64,000 bases of DNA from an uncultured Chloroflexia bacterium (lineage in GTDB: Bacteria > Chloroflexota > Limnocylindria > Limnocylindrales > CSP1-4). Made by a program: the position numbers and the translations under genes. Positions 18,559 to 29,014 of the stretch are shown here, in pieces. The notes beneath the pieces are model-generated. The model ran no database searches, was not told where the DNA came from, and saw nothing but the letters and a program-made list of their open reading frames with translations. Where the stretch lies: assembly GCA_963749705.1 (NCBI GenBank), contig CAVVNQ010000004.1, positions 32,001 through 96,000 of the forward strand, read 5' to 3'. Position 1 is the first letter of the stretch. Each line of letters starts with the position of its first letter.

Positions 18559-20168
18559 GCCGGCACCTGCTGGTTGAAGCGCGTCTCCACCATGTGGTCC
18601 GCGGCACGAAGGGCGAGCGCGGAGATGGTCGAGGTCGGGTTGACGCCGCCAGAGGTGACGAAGCAGCTTCCGTCGGCGATGTACAGGTTCGGGACGTCGT
18701 GGGTTCGGTTCCAACGATCGACCACCGAGGTGGCGGGGTCGTCGCCCATCCGCGCCGTTCCCAGCAGGTGCCAGCCCGAGTAGCGCATCAGCCGGTCGAC
18801 CTCGATCGTGTGCGCCCCTGCCTCGCGCAGCGACTCGGACGCCTTCTCGATGTGGAAGTCCAGCAGCCGGCGCGAGTTATCCGACACCTGGTAGTGGATC
18901 TCCGGGGCAGGGATGCCGGAGGCGTCGGCCATGGTCGTCGAAAGGACCACCTGGTTGGCCTCGTCCGGCAGGTCCTCGCCGAACAGGCCCCAGTTCGCGC
19001 CGCGGCCCAGGTGCGACCGGACGTGCAGGTGGTGGTCCGGGCCCCAGACCTGCGTCCCGGCCCGACTGGGGAGTGCCGCGTTGATCGGGCCGAACGTGGG
19101 TGCGAGGCCCCACTTGGCGCCCCGGACGAAGCCGCGCCGCTCGTCGGTCTCGTAGAACTCGAACGATTCGATCGAGCAGCCGAACTGGCCCTGCCAGCTC
19201 TCGAGGTCCTCGTCGAACAGGCCACCGACGTTGGCGAACGGGTGCATCATCAGCCGCCGGCCGACCAGTCCCGACGAGTTGGCCAGACCGTCGCGATGCG
19301 CAGGTGAGGCCGATAGCAGCAGCAGCCGGGTGGTCCCGATCGCGTTCGCCGCCAGGACCACGACCCGAGCTGCCTGGAAATGCTCGCCGCCGTCGGCATC
19401 CAGCCAGGTGGCGCCCGTGACCAGCCCGGCGGCATTCGTCTCGAGCCGCCGCACGCGGGCACCCGTGACCAGCTGCGCTCCGAGCCCGATCGCCTTCGGC
19501 CAGTGGGTGAGGTCGGTCGATGCCTTGGCGCCCTCACCGCATCCCTGCTGGCAGGTGCCACGCTGCACGCACGGATGACGCCCGTCGTAGGGCACCGACA
19601 GGATCGAGTTGGGCTCGGGCCACCAGTGCCAGCCCAGCCGCGCGTGGGCTCGCGCGACCTTGAGGCCCCCTGCGCCCAGCGGCAGCGGCGGCAGGGGCGG
19701 GTCCTCGCCTCCGGGCGGGTACGCCGGGTCACCGCCCATGCCAGAAACGCCGAACTGTCGGTCCGTGCGCTCGTAGTACGGCCGCAGCTCCTCGTAGTCC
19801 AGCGGCCAGTCGTCGGCAATTCCATCGAGCGAGCGCACGCGGAAGTCCGACGGCAGCATCCGGGGCCACGCTCCGGCGAAGATGAGCATCGAACCGCCGA
19901 CCGCGGAGAACATGAGCGGCGACACCGCGGTATCGCGCTCGTCGATCGGATAGTCCTCCGGCAGGCGCCGGATGTTGGGGCTGGTCGCCCACTGCTTGCG
20001 CATCGTGAGCTCCCAGTCGAGCTCCGAGCCCCGGTATTCCGATCGGTCGTGCCACCGTCCCTGCTCGAGGCACACCACGCTGAACCCGGCCTCCGCAAGG
20101 CGGAGCGCGACCACGCCGCCCGTGGCGCCGGCGCCGATGATCAGGACATCTGCGGGTTCAGTGGCCAA
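18555..20168 (-). CDS. GMC-family flavoprotein oxidoreductase
   Basis: IIGAGATGG, VGGS, CxxxGxCxxGC, HLLGTARMG, NLYIADGS, NPT; TTG start after GGAGG. Confidence 0.93.
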   Translation of the reverse strand: MATEPADVLIIGAGATGGVVALRLAEAGFSVVCLEQGRWHDRSEYRGSELDWELTMRKQWATSPNIRRLPEDYPIDERDTAVSPLMFSAVGGSMLIFAGAWPRMLPSDFRVRSLDGIADDWPLDYEELRPYYERTDRQFGVSGMGGDPAYPPGGEDPPLPPLPLGAGGLKVARAHARLGWHWWPEPNSILSVPYDGRHPCVQRGTCQQGCGEGAKASTDLTHWPKAIGLGAQLVTGARVRRLETNAAGLVTGATWLDADGGEHFQAARVVVLAANAIGTTRLLLLSASPAHRDGLANSSGLVGRRLMMHPFANVGGLFDEDLESWQGQFGCSIESFEFYETDERRGFVRGAKWGLAPTFGPINAALPSRAGTQVWGPDHHLHVRSHLGRGANWGLFGEDLPDEANQVVLSTTMADASGIPAPEIHYQVSDNSRRLLDFHIEKASESLREAGAHTIEVDRLMRYSGWHLLGTARMGDDPATSVVDRWNRTHDVPNLYIADGSCFVTSGGVNPTSTISALALRAADHMVETRFNQQVPA

Positions 20169-20232
20169 GGCTGCCTCCTTCCGGCGGATTGGTGGCGGTC
20201 GAGCGCGGAGCACCGAGGATGCCGTGGTCGTC

Positions 20233-20284
20233 GCGTGGTCCCGTACGGTGCGTGGTCCCCGCTCGGTGGTTCGGTGCGTGGTCC
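20233..20284. repeat. Three GCGTGGTCC copies in the GMC 5' leader
   Basis: Copies at 20233, 20250 and 20276. Confidence 0.5.
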
Positions 20285-20328
20285 GTGGCTCCGGCCGTTC
20301 CGTGCAGCCGGCTGCTCGCGACCGAGCG

Positions 20329-20366
20329 ATAGTAAACCTTCTCTGTCAGAAGGTAAACCTTGTCTG
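20329..20366 (-). promoter_or_regulatory. Operon promoter with two tandem LacI-type operator-like boxes
   Basis: Minus-strand TTTACC-17-TACTAT; GTAAACCTTCTCTG (20332) and GTAAACCTTGTCTG (20353), 21 bp apart. Confidence 0.65.
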
Positions 20367-20426
20367 CGCACGAGGGGGCTCTCCACCGGTACCACCTTCG
20401 CAACCGGTGCCGACCCTCCCTCCGCG

Positions 20427-20607
20427 TATGCGTACCACGCTTACGAGGCCCTACCCCGACGCCTGAACCGCTCACCGGATCGTCTGTTCGCCGTCGCGTG
20501 TGCACCGTATGCGCAGGACGCATGCACCGCGCGCAGACGCGGCCTTCCCGTTGCCCCCTCGACGGCGACACGCGCCGATCCGTGGCTCCGTAAGGGTGGT
20601 ACGCATA
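20427..20607. repeat. REP/MITE-like element with 19-bp terminal inverted repeats
   Basis: TATGCGTACCACGCTTACG ... CGTAAGGGTGGTACGCATA (1 mismatch), degenerate internal copy at 20508. Confidence 0.65.
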
Positions 20608-20769
20608 TCGGGCACGCCTCGGGGTTGCCTCGCGTGTTCGGCGGCCCGGCCCGTAGCGGCGGCACGCGCCGGTGCGCGCCACGCGACGCACCAACGGCGG
20701 CGCGACGCAGGCGCGATGATCGGCCCGACAGCGAGCAGCCGGTCGTGGTGACCGGGAAGGAGCGAACCC

Positions 20770-22137
20770 ATGGGCGGCGCCCGGACCCTCGATCGTGATC
20801 GCCTAGATCGGCTGATGGCCACGGAGCGCGCGGCGTTCGAGCGCGCCAACCCGCGATCACGGGCGCTCTGGGAGCGCGCCAAGGGCTCGCTCCTCGACGG
20901 CGTGCCGATGAACTGGATGATCAAGTGGGCCGGCAGCTGGCCGCTGTTCGTCGACGAGGCGCACGGCGCCCGGTTCACCGATGTCGACGGCCACGAGTAC
21001 GTGGACTTCTGCCTCGGCGACACGGGGGCGATGGCTGGCCACGGGCCGGACGCGACGGTTCGGGCCGTCGAACGCCAGCTCCGCCGGGGCATCACCCACA
21101 TGCTCCCGACCGAGGACGCGATCGTCGCCGGCGACGAGCTCCAGCGCCGGTTCGGGCTCCGCTGGTGGCAGTTCACGCTCACGGCCACCGATGCCAACCG
21201 GTTCGCGATCCGGCTCGCCCGCGCCATCACCGGCCGGCCGAAGATCCTCGTCCACAACCACAACTACCACGGGTCCGTCGACGAGACCTTCGCCTGGATC
21301 GCGGACGACGGCACCATCGAGGCCCGGCGCGGCAACCTCGGGCCGCCCGTCCCGCCGTCGGAGACCACGAGGGTCGTGGAGATCAACGACCTCGACGCGC
21401 TGGAGCGCGAGCTCGCCCATGGCGACGTCGCGGCGGCGCTGATGGAGCCGGCGCTGACCAACGTCGGCATCGTGCTCCCGGATCCCGGCTATCACGAGGC
21501 CGTGCGCGAGCTGACCCGGCGGCACGGCACGCTGCTGATCAACGACGAGACGCACACGATCTGCGCCGGACCCGGCGGCTATACGGGCGCCCACGACCTC
21601 CACCCGGACCTGCTCACGATCGGCAAGACGATCGGCGGCGGGATCCCGGCCGGCGCATACGGCTTCACCGAGGAGGTCGGTGAGCGGATCCGGGCGACGA
21701 TCTCGTGGGAGGACTCCGACGTCGGCGGCATCGGTGGCACGCTGGCCGGCAACGCCCTGTCGCTGGCGGCGATCCGGGCGACGCTGACCGAGGTGCTGAC
21801 CGACGAGGCGTTCGCCCGGATGATCCCGCTCGGCGAGCGATTCGAGGCCGGCGTCGACGGCGTCATCCGCGCCCACGACGTCCCGTGGCACGTGACCCGT
21901 TTGGGGGCTCGCGCCGAATACCATTTCATGCCCGACCGGCCGCGCAACGGCTCCGAGCAGTGGGCGCACGGCGACACGGACCTGGAGCGCTTCCTTCACC
22001 TGTGGGCGATGAACCGGGGCGTGCTGATGACGCCGTTCCACAACATGGCGCTGATGTCGCCCGACACGACGGCGGCGGACGTCGACCGCCACACCGAGGT
22101 GTTCGGCGACGCGGTGGCGGCGCTGTTCGGGGGCTGA
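20770..22137 (+). CDS. Class-III PLP aminotransferase (GSA-aminomutase-like)
   Basis: GVPMNWM, DFCLGDTG, YHG, INDETH, GKTIGGG PLP Lys, GGTLAGN. Confidence 0.9.
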   Translation: MGGARTLDRDRLDRLMATERAAFERANPRSRALWERAKGSLLDGVPMNWMIKWAGSWPLFVDEAHGARFTDVDGHEYVDFCLGDTGAMAGHGPDATVRAVERQLRRGITHMLPTEDAIVAGDELQRRFGLRWWQFTLTATDANRFAIRLARAITGRPKILVHNHNYHGSVDETFAWIADDGTIEARRGNLGPPVPPSETTRVVEINDLDALERELAHGDVAAALMEPALTNVGIVLPDPGYHEAVRELTRRHGTLLINDETHTICAGPGGYTGAHDLHPDLLTIGKTIGGGIPAGAYGFTEEVGERIRATISWEDSDVGGIGGTLAGNALSLAAIRATLTEVLTDEAFARMIPLGERFEAGVDGVIRAHDVPWHVTRLGARAEYHFMPDRPRNGSEQWAHGDTDLERFLHLWAMNRGVLMTPFHNMALMSPDTTAADVDRHTEVFGDAVAALFGG

Positions 22138-22182
22138 CGGCGCGCGGCGGCGAGCGCGACCGCGGGGCGGCGAATTGACCGA

Positions 22183-22752
22183 TCAGCCGGTGACCGCCGG
22201 CCGCCACCAGCGGCGCTCGACCACGAGCTCCGCGCCCAGCTGCTCGTCGATCTGCTCGCGCGGCTCGAAGCCGCGCGCCTCGTAGAACACCTCGCCCAGC
22301 CGGTTGCCGGCCAGCACGTCGGCCACGATGGGCAGGTCCGGGTGGGCGTCGATGATCGCGTCGAGCAGGGCGCTGCCGAGGCCACGACCACGCATCCCGG
22401 GGTTGGCGTAGATCGCGACCAGCGTCACCCGGTCGGGCTCCTCGGGCTCCACGGCCGTCTCGGCGAACGCGGTCACCACCCCGTCCAGCTCTGCGACCCA
22501 CGTCTCGTGGCGCTCGATCCGGAGGGCGACGCGCTCCTCGGAATAGGCCCGCTCGACGAACCACTCGATGGTCTCGTCCCGGAGCATGCCGCGGTAGGTG
22601 GCTCGCCAGGCGGACTGCGCGATGTCGCGGATCGCCGTCGCGTGCGACGGCGTGGCGCGGCGCACACGGATTGGCGGGCGGTCGGGTGCCATCATCAGCG
22701 CCTCGAGCGAACGAGGCGGGCCGAGGGACAGATTCGCCGGACGATCAGCCAC
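22183..22752 (-). CDS. GNAT N-acetyltransferase
   Basis: RGRGLGSALL, N....FYEARGF; TACACT 6 nt before GTG. Confidence 0.88.
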   Translation of the reverse strand: MADRPANLSLGPPRSLEALMMAPDRPPIRVRRATPSHATAIRDIAQSAWRATYRGMLRDETIEWFVERAYSEERVALRIERHETWVAELDGVVTAFAETAVEPEEPDRVTLVAIYANPGMRGRGLGSALLDAIIDAHPDLPIVADVLAGNRLGEVFYEARGFEPREQIDEQLGAELVVERRWWRPAVTG

Positions 22753-22799
22753 CGGCGGAGTGTACTAAGGCGTGTGGCTACGAAGATCGGAGGGCCGGC

Positions 22800-23090
22800 A
22801 TGGGGATCACGGGCGATCGCTACCAGGGCACGTTCGCGGGGCACTCGATCGAGCTGGTGCGCGAGAACGTGCTCAAGACGCTGTCACTCGAGGTCGACGG
22901 GCACGAGGTGGCCAGAGCGTCTCGCGTGCTGCCGCACGACATCACGCTGACGGCCGAGCTCGAGCACGAAGGCGTGACGCACGCCGTGACCGCACGCTCG
23001 ACGGTGAAGCGGATCCTCGGCCTGCCGCTCGATGCGAACGACGTCATCGAGGTCGACGGCGAGCCATTGGCGCTGCACAAGGTGCGGTGA
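22800..23090 (+). CDS. Hypothetical protein (96 aa)
   Basis: GGAGGG SD before ATG; natural composition. Confidence 0.7.
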   Translation: MGITGDRYQGTFAGHSIELVRENVLKTLSLEVDGHEVARASRVLPHDITLTAELEHEGVTHAVTARSTVKRILGLPLDANDVIEVDGEPLALHKVR

Positions 23091-23158
23091 CCGGCCGGGC
23101 GGCGGGCCGTTGGCGAGCCGGTCCGCGCCTCGCTTCCCAGCGTCGCGGCCCGTCGATC

Positions 23159-23662
23159 CTAGCCGCCACCTCGGCCGGACGACCCCTGATCCGGCGCCGG
23201 GTCCAGCGCCTCCAGCCGGGCCAGCTCCTCGGCCACCGCGAGCGGTCGGCGGTGCTGCCGGTCCGTGGGCGCCTCGGCGTTGAGCCGGGCGATGGCCGCG
23301 TTGATCTCGATGACCAGCCGCTCGAGCTCGGTCCGGTATCGCCCTCGGCCGACAGGCGACGCCGCCCGCGCCCGGGCGACGATCGCGTCACGCCGGACGA
23401 GCAGCTCGCGCACCTGCTTGTCGGCCTCGATCCAGGGCGGTGCCGCACCCGCGTTCCGGAGCATCCGGTAGGCCATCGCCCACTCTCCGGCGAACGTGTC
23501 GTCACCAAGGGGAATGGGCTCGCCGCGGTACGGCAGGTCGTCGAACGCGCCGTCCTCCATCGCCTCGCGGATCTGGCGATCGACGAGGCTCTCCCAGGTG
23601 GGCGCGACCTGGCGGTGGCCGTCGGCGTCGATGCGGTTCGGTGGCCTGCGTTCCGGTTCCAC
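23159..23662 (-). CDS. DUF1992 / DnaJC28-domain protein
   Basis: ESLVDRQIREAMEDGAFDDLPYRGEPI, LRNAGAAPPWIE. Confidence 0.88.
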   Translation of the reverse strand: MEPERRPPNRIDADGHRQVAPTWESLVDRQIREAMEDGAFDDLPYRGEPIPLGDDTFAGEWAMAYRMLRNAGAAPPWIEADKQVRELLVRRDAIVARARAASPVGRGRYRTELERLVIEINAAIARLNAEAPTDRQHRRPLAVAEELARLEALDPAPDQGSSGRGGG

Positions 23663-23829
23663 GGGCGGAGTGTAGGCGACGCGCAGGAGCGCCGCGACGG
23701 GATCGTCGAGCCGTCGCCCGTGACCGTCGGCTGCCCGCGATGGTACGAACGGCCATCCGCAACGGGTCGCTGCACGATCGCCGCGGGGCTATCGTCGGGA
23801 ACGGTGGCGCAGGAGCAGGGTGGCAGGCC

Positions 23830-25143
23830 GTGGGGCTTACGTTCGGGGTCGTCGGGCAGGCAGCAAAGCGGGGCATCATTCCACGGCAGCCGGCGCCGGA
23901 TCGGCTGCTGGCCGACGCCCAGGAGTGGATCGCTCGCGAGCACGGTCAGGCAGTCCGCTCGATGCACCGCGACCCGACCCCCGGCGGCGACATCGAGCTC
24001 ACCGTCGACGTCCATCCGGCGGCCGAGCCGGTCACCATCGCCACCGATGCGACCGGCCGTGTGCGCGCGTCGGCGGACGTGACCGCGGTCGGTCCCGGGT
24101 ATCACACGTTCGTCGCCCGCCTGCTCGAGCGCCTCGGTCTGGCCCTGGGGATCGTGTGGCTCGAGGACCCGGCAGGGGCACGGCCCACGGATGTGGTGCC
24201 GGGGAACCACGCGGTGGGACAGGCGAGGGAGCAGCTGCTCGAGCGCGAGGACGTGGAGCGGGCGCACCTCACGGGTCTCGGGCAGTCGCTGGGGCGGGTG
24301 CTGGAGCTTCGCCGCGGCGGTGAGACCGGGATCCACGTGGGGTTGCGAACGGGAACGAGGTTCTCCTCGTCGAGTGCGATCGTGACCCCGCTCGGACCTC
24401 GCGACGACGACTGGCTGGACCGCGCCGCGCGGGACGCGAGGATTGCGCGCGATATCCGGCCGTGGTGGTTGGACGCCATGGATGCCCGGTATCACCTGAA
24501 CCGGGCGCTGTGCCTCATGTGGACCGAGATCCGGTGGCGGCCCCCGACGGACGACACGGAGGTCGCGGCGTTCGACGAAGCGCTCCATCATCTCCGTCGA
24601 GCGCTGCCGATGGACCCGTCGCTCCCCTACCCCTGGCGCGAGTGGCAGGAGATGATCAGCCTGCGCGGTGTCAGCGATCCGATCGAGCACCGTGTCACCG
24701 CTCGGGCCGCATCGGCGGACGCGTCGCCGACGCCCGTGGGCTACCGCCGGCGGCCGGTCACGGTCGTCCAGGATGGCTGGTCGCTCGAGGTGCCCGGAGA
24801 CTTCTCCGAGCGCCGGACCGGTGAGGAATGGCGGGGCCGCGACCGGGGCCGCGCCGTGACCCTCGCGGGAGGCGTCATCGGAACCGAGCGGGACCCCATG
24901 CCACCCGAGACGTTCCTCGCCCAGGTCGCCCCAAGCCTCGGTGACAGCGTGCTCAACCACCGCGACGGCGACCTTCTCGGAACTGCGCGCATCGGCACGG
25001 ATGCAAGCTCCGGGATCGAGGTTGCCGTGCTGGAGGGCTATTCGGCGGTTCCCGGGCGTGGCGCCAGGATCCGGATCGTATTCGACGAGGCCACCGACTG
25101 GCAGTGGGCCGTCAACCTGTGGCGGTCGCTTCGTCCCGCCTGA
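23830..25143 (+). CDS. Hypothetical protein (~437 aa)
   Basis: Long natural-looking ORF (HPAAEPV, GPGYH, WRPP, GYRR); start approximate. Confidence 0.75.
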   Translation: MGLTFGVVGQAAKRGIIPRQPAPDRLLADAQEWIAREHGQAVRSMHRDPTPGGDIELTVDVHPAAEPVTIATDATGRVRASADVTAVGPGYHTFVARLLERLGLALGIVWLEDPAGARPTDVVPGNHAVGQAREQLLEREDVERAHLTGLGQSLGRVLELRRGGETGIHVGLRTGTRFSSSSAIVTPLGPRDDDWLDRAARDARIARDIRPWWLDAMDARYHLNRALCLMWTEIRWRPPTDDTEVAAFDEALHHLRRALPMDPSLPYPWREWQEMISLRGVSDPIEHRVTARAASADASPTPVGYRRRPVTVVQDGWSLEVPGDFSERRTGEEWRGRDRGRAVTLAGGVIGTERDPMPPETFLAQVAPSLGDSVLNHRDGDLLGTARIGTDASSGIEVAVLEGYSAVPGRGARIRIVFDEATDWQWAVNLWRSLRPA

Positions 25144-25217
25144 TCGAGGCGCCGGCGCTCGCTGCCGACGGCCGTGACAGGCAAGGTGGCACGACGGGCC
25201 CGTAGCATTCCCGGTGC

Positions 25218-28200
25218 ATGCACCTGATCGACGGACGACCCGTCTACGCCGCCACGGATCTCGTGGGCTTCCTCGCCTGCGGGCATCGCCTTGCGCTCGA
25301 GCGGGCCGCCATGTTCGGCCTGGTCGAGAAGCCGGTCCGCAACGACCCGTCGATCGAGCTCGTCGCCAAGCGCGGCCTGGAGCACGAGCGACGGTACCTC
25401 GAGGACCTACGGGCGCAGGGCCTGCGGGTGATCGAGATCGAGAAGGACGGCTCGGCGGTCCTGCCCCTCGTCGATGGAGGTGGCGCTCGTCGAAGGCGTG
25501 CCGCCGGCCGCCGAGGTCCCCGATCCTGCGCCGCGTGACCCGGGGGCGGAGCTGCGCGCCGCCGCCGTCCAGACGATCGACGCCATGCGGGCCCGCGCCG
25601 ACGTCGTGTACCAGGCGACGTTCTTCGACGGGACCTGGCGCGGGCATGCGGACTTCCTCCTTCGCCGGGATCACGATCCGGGCGAGCCGCACAGCGCGTT
25701 CGGGCCGTGGCACTACGAGGTCGCGGACACCAAGCTGGCCCGCCACGTCAAGGCATCGGCGATCCTCCAGATCTGCTCGTACGTGGAGCAGCTGGCGGCG
25801 ATCCAGGGACGTCAGCCCGAGCACCTCTACGTCGTGCTCGGCGGGCGCGCCCGGCCCACGGACAAGCTCCGCGTCGACGACTTCATGGCCTACTACCGCC
25901 AGGTGAAGGCGGAGTTCGAGGCGGCCGTCGGGCTGCGCGGCGACGGGGCTCCGGAGCCCGTCTACCCGCCCATCGCCACGTACCCCGAGCCGGTCGAGCA
26001 CTGCGACGTCTGCCGCTGGAACCCGTCGTGCCGGACGCAGCGCCGCGCGGACGACGATCTCAGCCTGGTTGCCGGCGCGACCAGCCGCCAGCGGCGAGCG
26101 CTCAAGCGCCGCGGGGTGGCCACGCGGCGCGGGCTGGCCGGGCTGGCGCTGCCGATGGGTCCGCCGCTCGAGGGCGTCGGACCGGAGGCGCTGGCGCGCG
26201 TCCACGAGCAGGCCCGGATCCAGGTCCAGAGCGAGGATCGCGGCGAGGTGCTGTGGGAGCTGCTCCCGCTCGAGCGCGCCGAGGATCGCACGCCCGTCCC
26301 GATGCGCGGCCTGCTGGGCCTGCCCGAACCCAGCCCCGGTGACCTGTTCCTTGACCTCGAGGGGGATCCGTTCGCGCTCGACGACGGTGTGGACTACCTG
26401 TTCGGCATCCTCGAGCCCCGGCTGACCGAGGACGATCCCCGCTACGCCGGTTCCGGCGAGACGCCCGGCCCGAAGTTCCACGCGATCTGGAGCCTCGATG
26501 AGGACGGCCAGGTCACCTGGGCAGGCGAGAAGGCGGCGTTCGAGCGGACGGTCGACCTGATCATGGACCGCTGGGCGGAGGACGACCGGCTGCACGTCTA
26601 CCACTACGCGGCCTATGAGCGGACCGCGCTGGCGCGGCTCGCCCAGCGCCATGGCACGCGCGAGCTGGAGGTGGACCGGCTGATGCGGGGCGGGGTGCTG
26701 GTCGACCTGTTCCGGGTCGTGCGCCAGGGGATCCGGGCGGGCGTCGAGAGCTACTCGATCAAGCGGATCGAGCCGCTGTACGCCCTCGAGCGCGAGGTGG
26801 CGCTCAAGGACGCCGGCAGCAGCATCGTCGCGTTCGAGACGTGGCTCGAGCTGGGCCCCGACGCACCGGTGGATGACGGCCCGCGGATCCTGTCCGAGAT
26901 CGAGGGCTACAACCGGGACGACGTGGTCAGCAACTGGAAGCTTCGCGACTGGCTGGAGGAGCGGCGGGCCGACCTGGTTGCCCGCGAGGGCGAGCTCGCC
27001 CGGCCGGAGCCGGATGCGGGCGAGCCGTCCGCGGACCTCAAGGCGCGTGACCTGCGGGTCGCCGAGCTGATGGCAACCCTCACCCCGGACGACCCGGGCG
27101 ATCCGGTGGCGCGCGCGGACCAGCCCGACGTCGCGGGTCGCTGGCTGCTCGCGCAGCTGCTCACGTGGCACCGGCGCGAGGACAAGTCCGCGTACTGGCG
27201 CTACTTCGACCTGCTCAAGAAGAGCGAGGAGGACCTGCTCGAGGAGCGCGAGCCGCTCGCGGGCCTGGAGCTGGTGGCGGACCCGTGGCCCGAGAAGCAG
27301 TCGCGGATCTACCGTTTCCGGTACCCGCCGCAGGACCACCGGATCGACACCGACACCGAGGTGACCGACCCGGTGACAAAACAATCCGCGGGGAGCGTGT
27401 TCCGGATCGACGATGTCGAGCGGATCATCGAGCTCAAGCGCGGTCCGGGCCTGTTCAACATCGAGCTCCCCCACTCGCTCGTGCCGCTGGGCGTCGTCCC
27501 CACCCGCGAGCACGCCGAAAGCCTGCTCAGGACCGGCGAGTGGGTGGCGGCCCACGGGCTGTCGCAGCCCGAGGGCCTCGCGCCGGACGAGCCGGATCTC
27601 GCGGCGGCGCGAGCCCTGCTGCTGCGCACCCCGCCGGCGATCCCCGGGCACGAAGGCGAGCCCCTTCGCCGTGACGGCGAGACCGCGCTCGACGCGGCGA
27701 TCCGGCTGGTGCTCGCGATGCCCGGCGGCGTGCTCCCCATCCAGGGTCCGCCGGGTTCGGGCAAGACGTGGACGGGGGCGCGGCTCATCGTCCGGCTCGT
27801 TCGCGAGGGCCGTCGGGTCGGCGTCGTCGCCAACAGCCACAAGGTCATCGGGCACGTGCTCGACGAGGTCGCCCGGGCAGCCCGCCCCGGGGACGGCGTG
27901 CGCATCGGGCAGAAGCCGAAGAACGGCCAGGAGCCCACGTCCGCCGCGGCCGTCCCGCTGGCCGACAACGCCGCGGTCGAGGCCGGGCTCCGTGGCCGCA
28001 CGGTCAACGTGGTCGGCGCGGTGTCGTGGACCTGGGCGCGATCCGAGATGTCGCGGCCCGCGCCGCTGGTCGACGTCCTGGTCGTTGACGAGGCGGGCCA
28101 GATGAGCCTGGCCAACGTGCTCGCCTGCGCACCCGCCGCCCGTACCATCGTGCTCCTCGGGGATCCGCAGCAGCTCGACCAGCCGACGCAGGGCAGCCAT

Positions 28201-28953
28201 CCGCCGGGAGCCGAGCGGAGCGCCCTCGCCCACCTCCTCGCCGACCCCGCGTACGTCAAGCCGGACCGTCCGACGATCGGACCCGCCGAGGGCCTGTTCC
28301 TCGAACGCACCTGGCGGCTGCACCCAGATGTGTGCGAGTTCACGTCCGGGGCGTTCTATGCCGGGCGGCTGCACCCCGTCCCGGGCCTCGAGCGCCAGCG
28401 GGTCCTGGCCGGTCCGCTGACGCTGTTCGAGGATCACGCCCGACTGGCGGGGACGGGGCTGCGCTACCAGCCCGTCCCACACCTGGGCAACGACACCGAC
28501 TCGCCGGAGGAGTCGGCGGCGGTCGTCGCGCTGGTCCGGGAGCTCCTGGATGCCGGCGCAACCTGGGTCGACGCGGATGGCGTTGAGACGGCCATGACGC
28601 TCGACGACATCGTGATCGTCGCGCCGTACAACGCGCACGTCGCCGCGATCGAGCGGGCATTCGCCGCGGCCGGGCTCGGCCGGCCCTTCGTCGGCACGGT
28701 CGACCGCTTCCAGGGCCAGGAGCGCCCGGTGAGCATCTACGCGATGGCGACCTCGACACCCGAGGACGCGCCACGCGGCATGGAGTTCCTGTACTCGCTC
28801 AATCGGCTCAACGTGGCCACGTCGCGGGCCCGATGCGTGGCCGCCGTCGTCGCGTCCCCGGAGCTGGTTCGTGTCGCCTGCCGGACCCCGCGCCAGATGC
28901 GACTGGCAAACGGCCTGTGCCTGGCCATCGAGGCTGCCGCGCGCGTCCGGTGA
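25218..28953 (+). CDS. TM0106-family RecB-like nuclease / RNase H-like / SF1 helicase fusion, +1 frameshift near 25470-25500
   Basis: N-term YAATDL..FLAC.H (25218 frame), then GHADFL, DTK, LQICSY, DLEGDP, SYSIK, GPPGSGKT, DEAGQ, GDPQQL, TVDRFQGQE, NRLNVATSRA (25474 frame). Confidence 0.88.
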
Positions 28954-29014
28954 CCGGGCTCGACGGCCGGCCTCGCCCATCGCGGGGTCGTCCGGTCGGG
29001 TGTGTTCCGATCCG

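Noticed and set aside
7495-20168. Mycofactocin/RiPP cluster (creatininase, GMC, SDR, small peptide)
   Set aside because: No radical-SAM MftC or MftB; the peptide lacks IDGxCGVY and is on the opposite strand
20168-20186. SRP-RNA-like CCGGAAGGAGGCAGCC on the minus strand
   Set aside because: It is the SD region of the GMC gene and lacks the surrounding SRP helix
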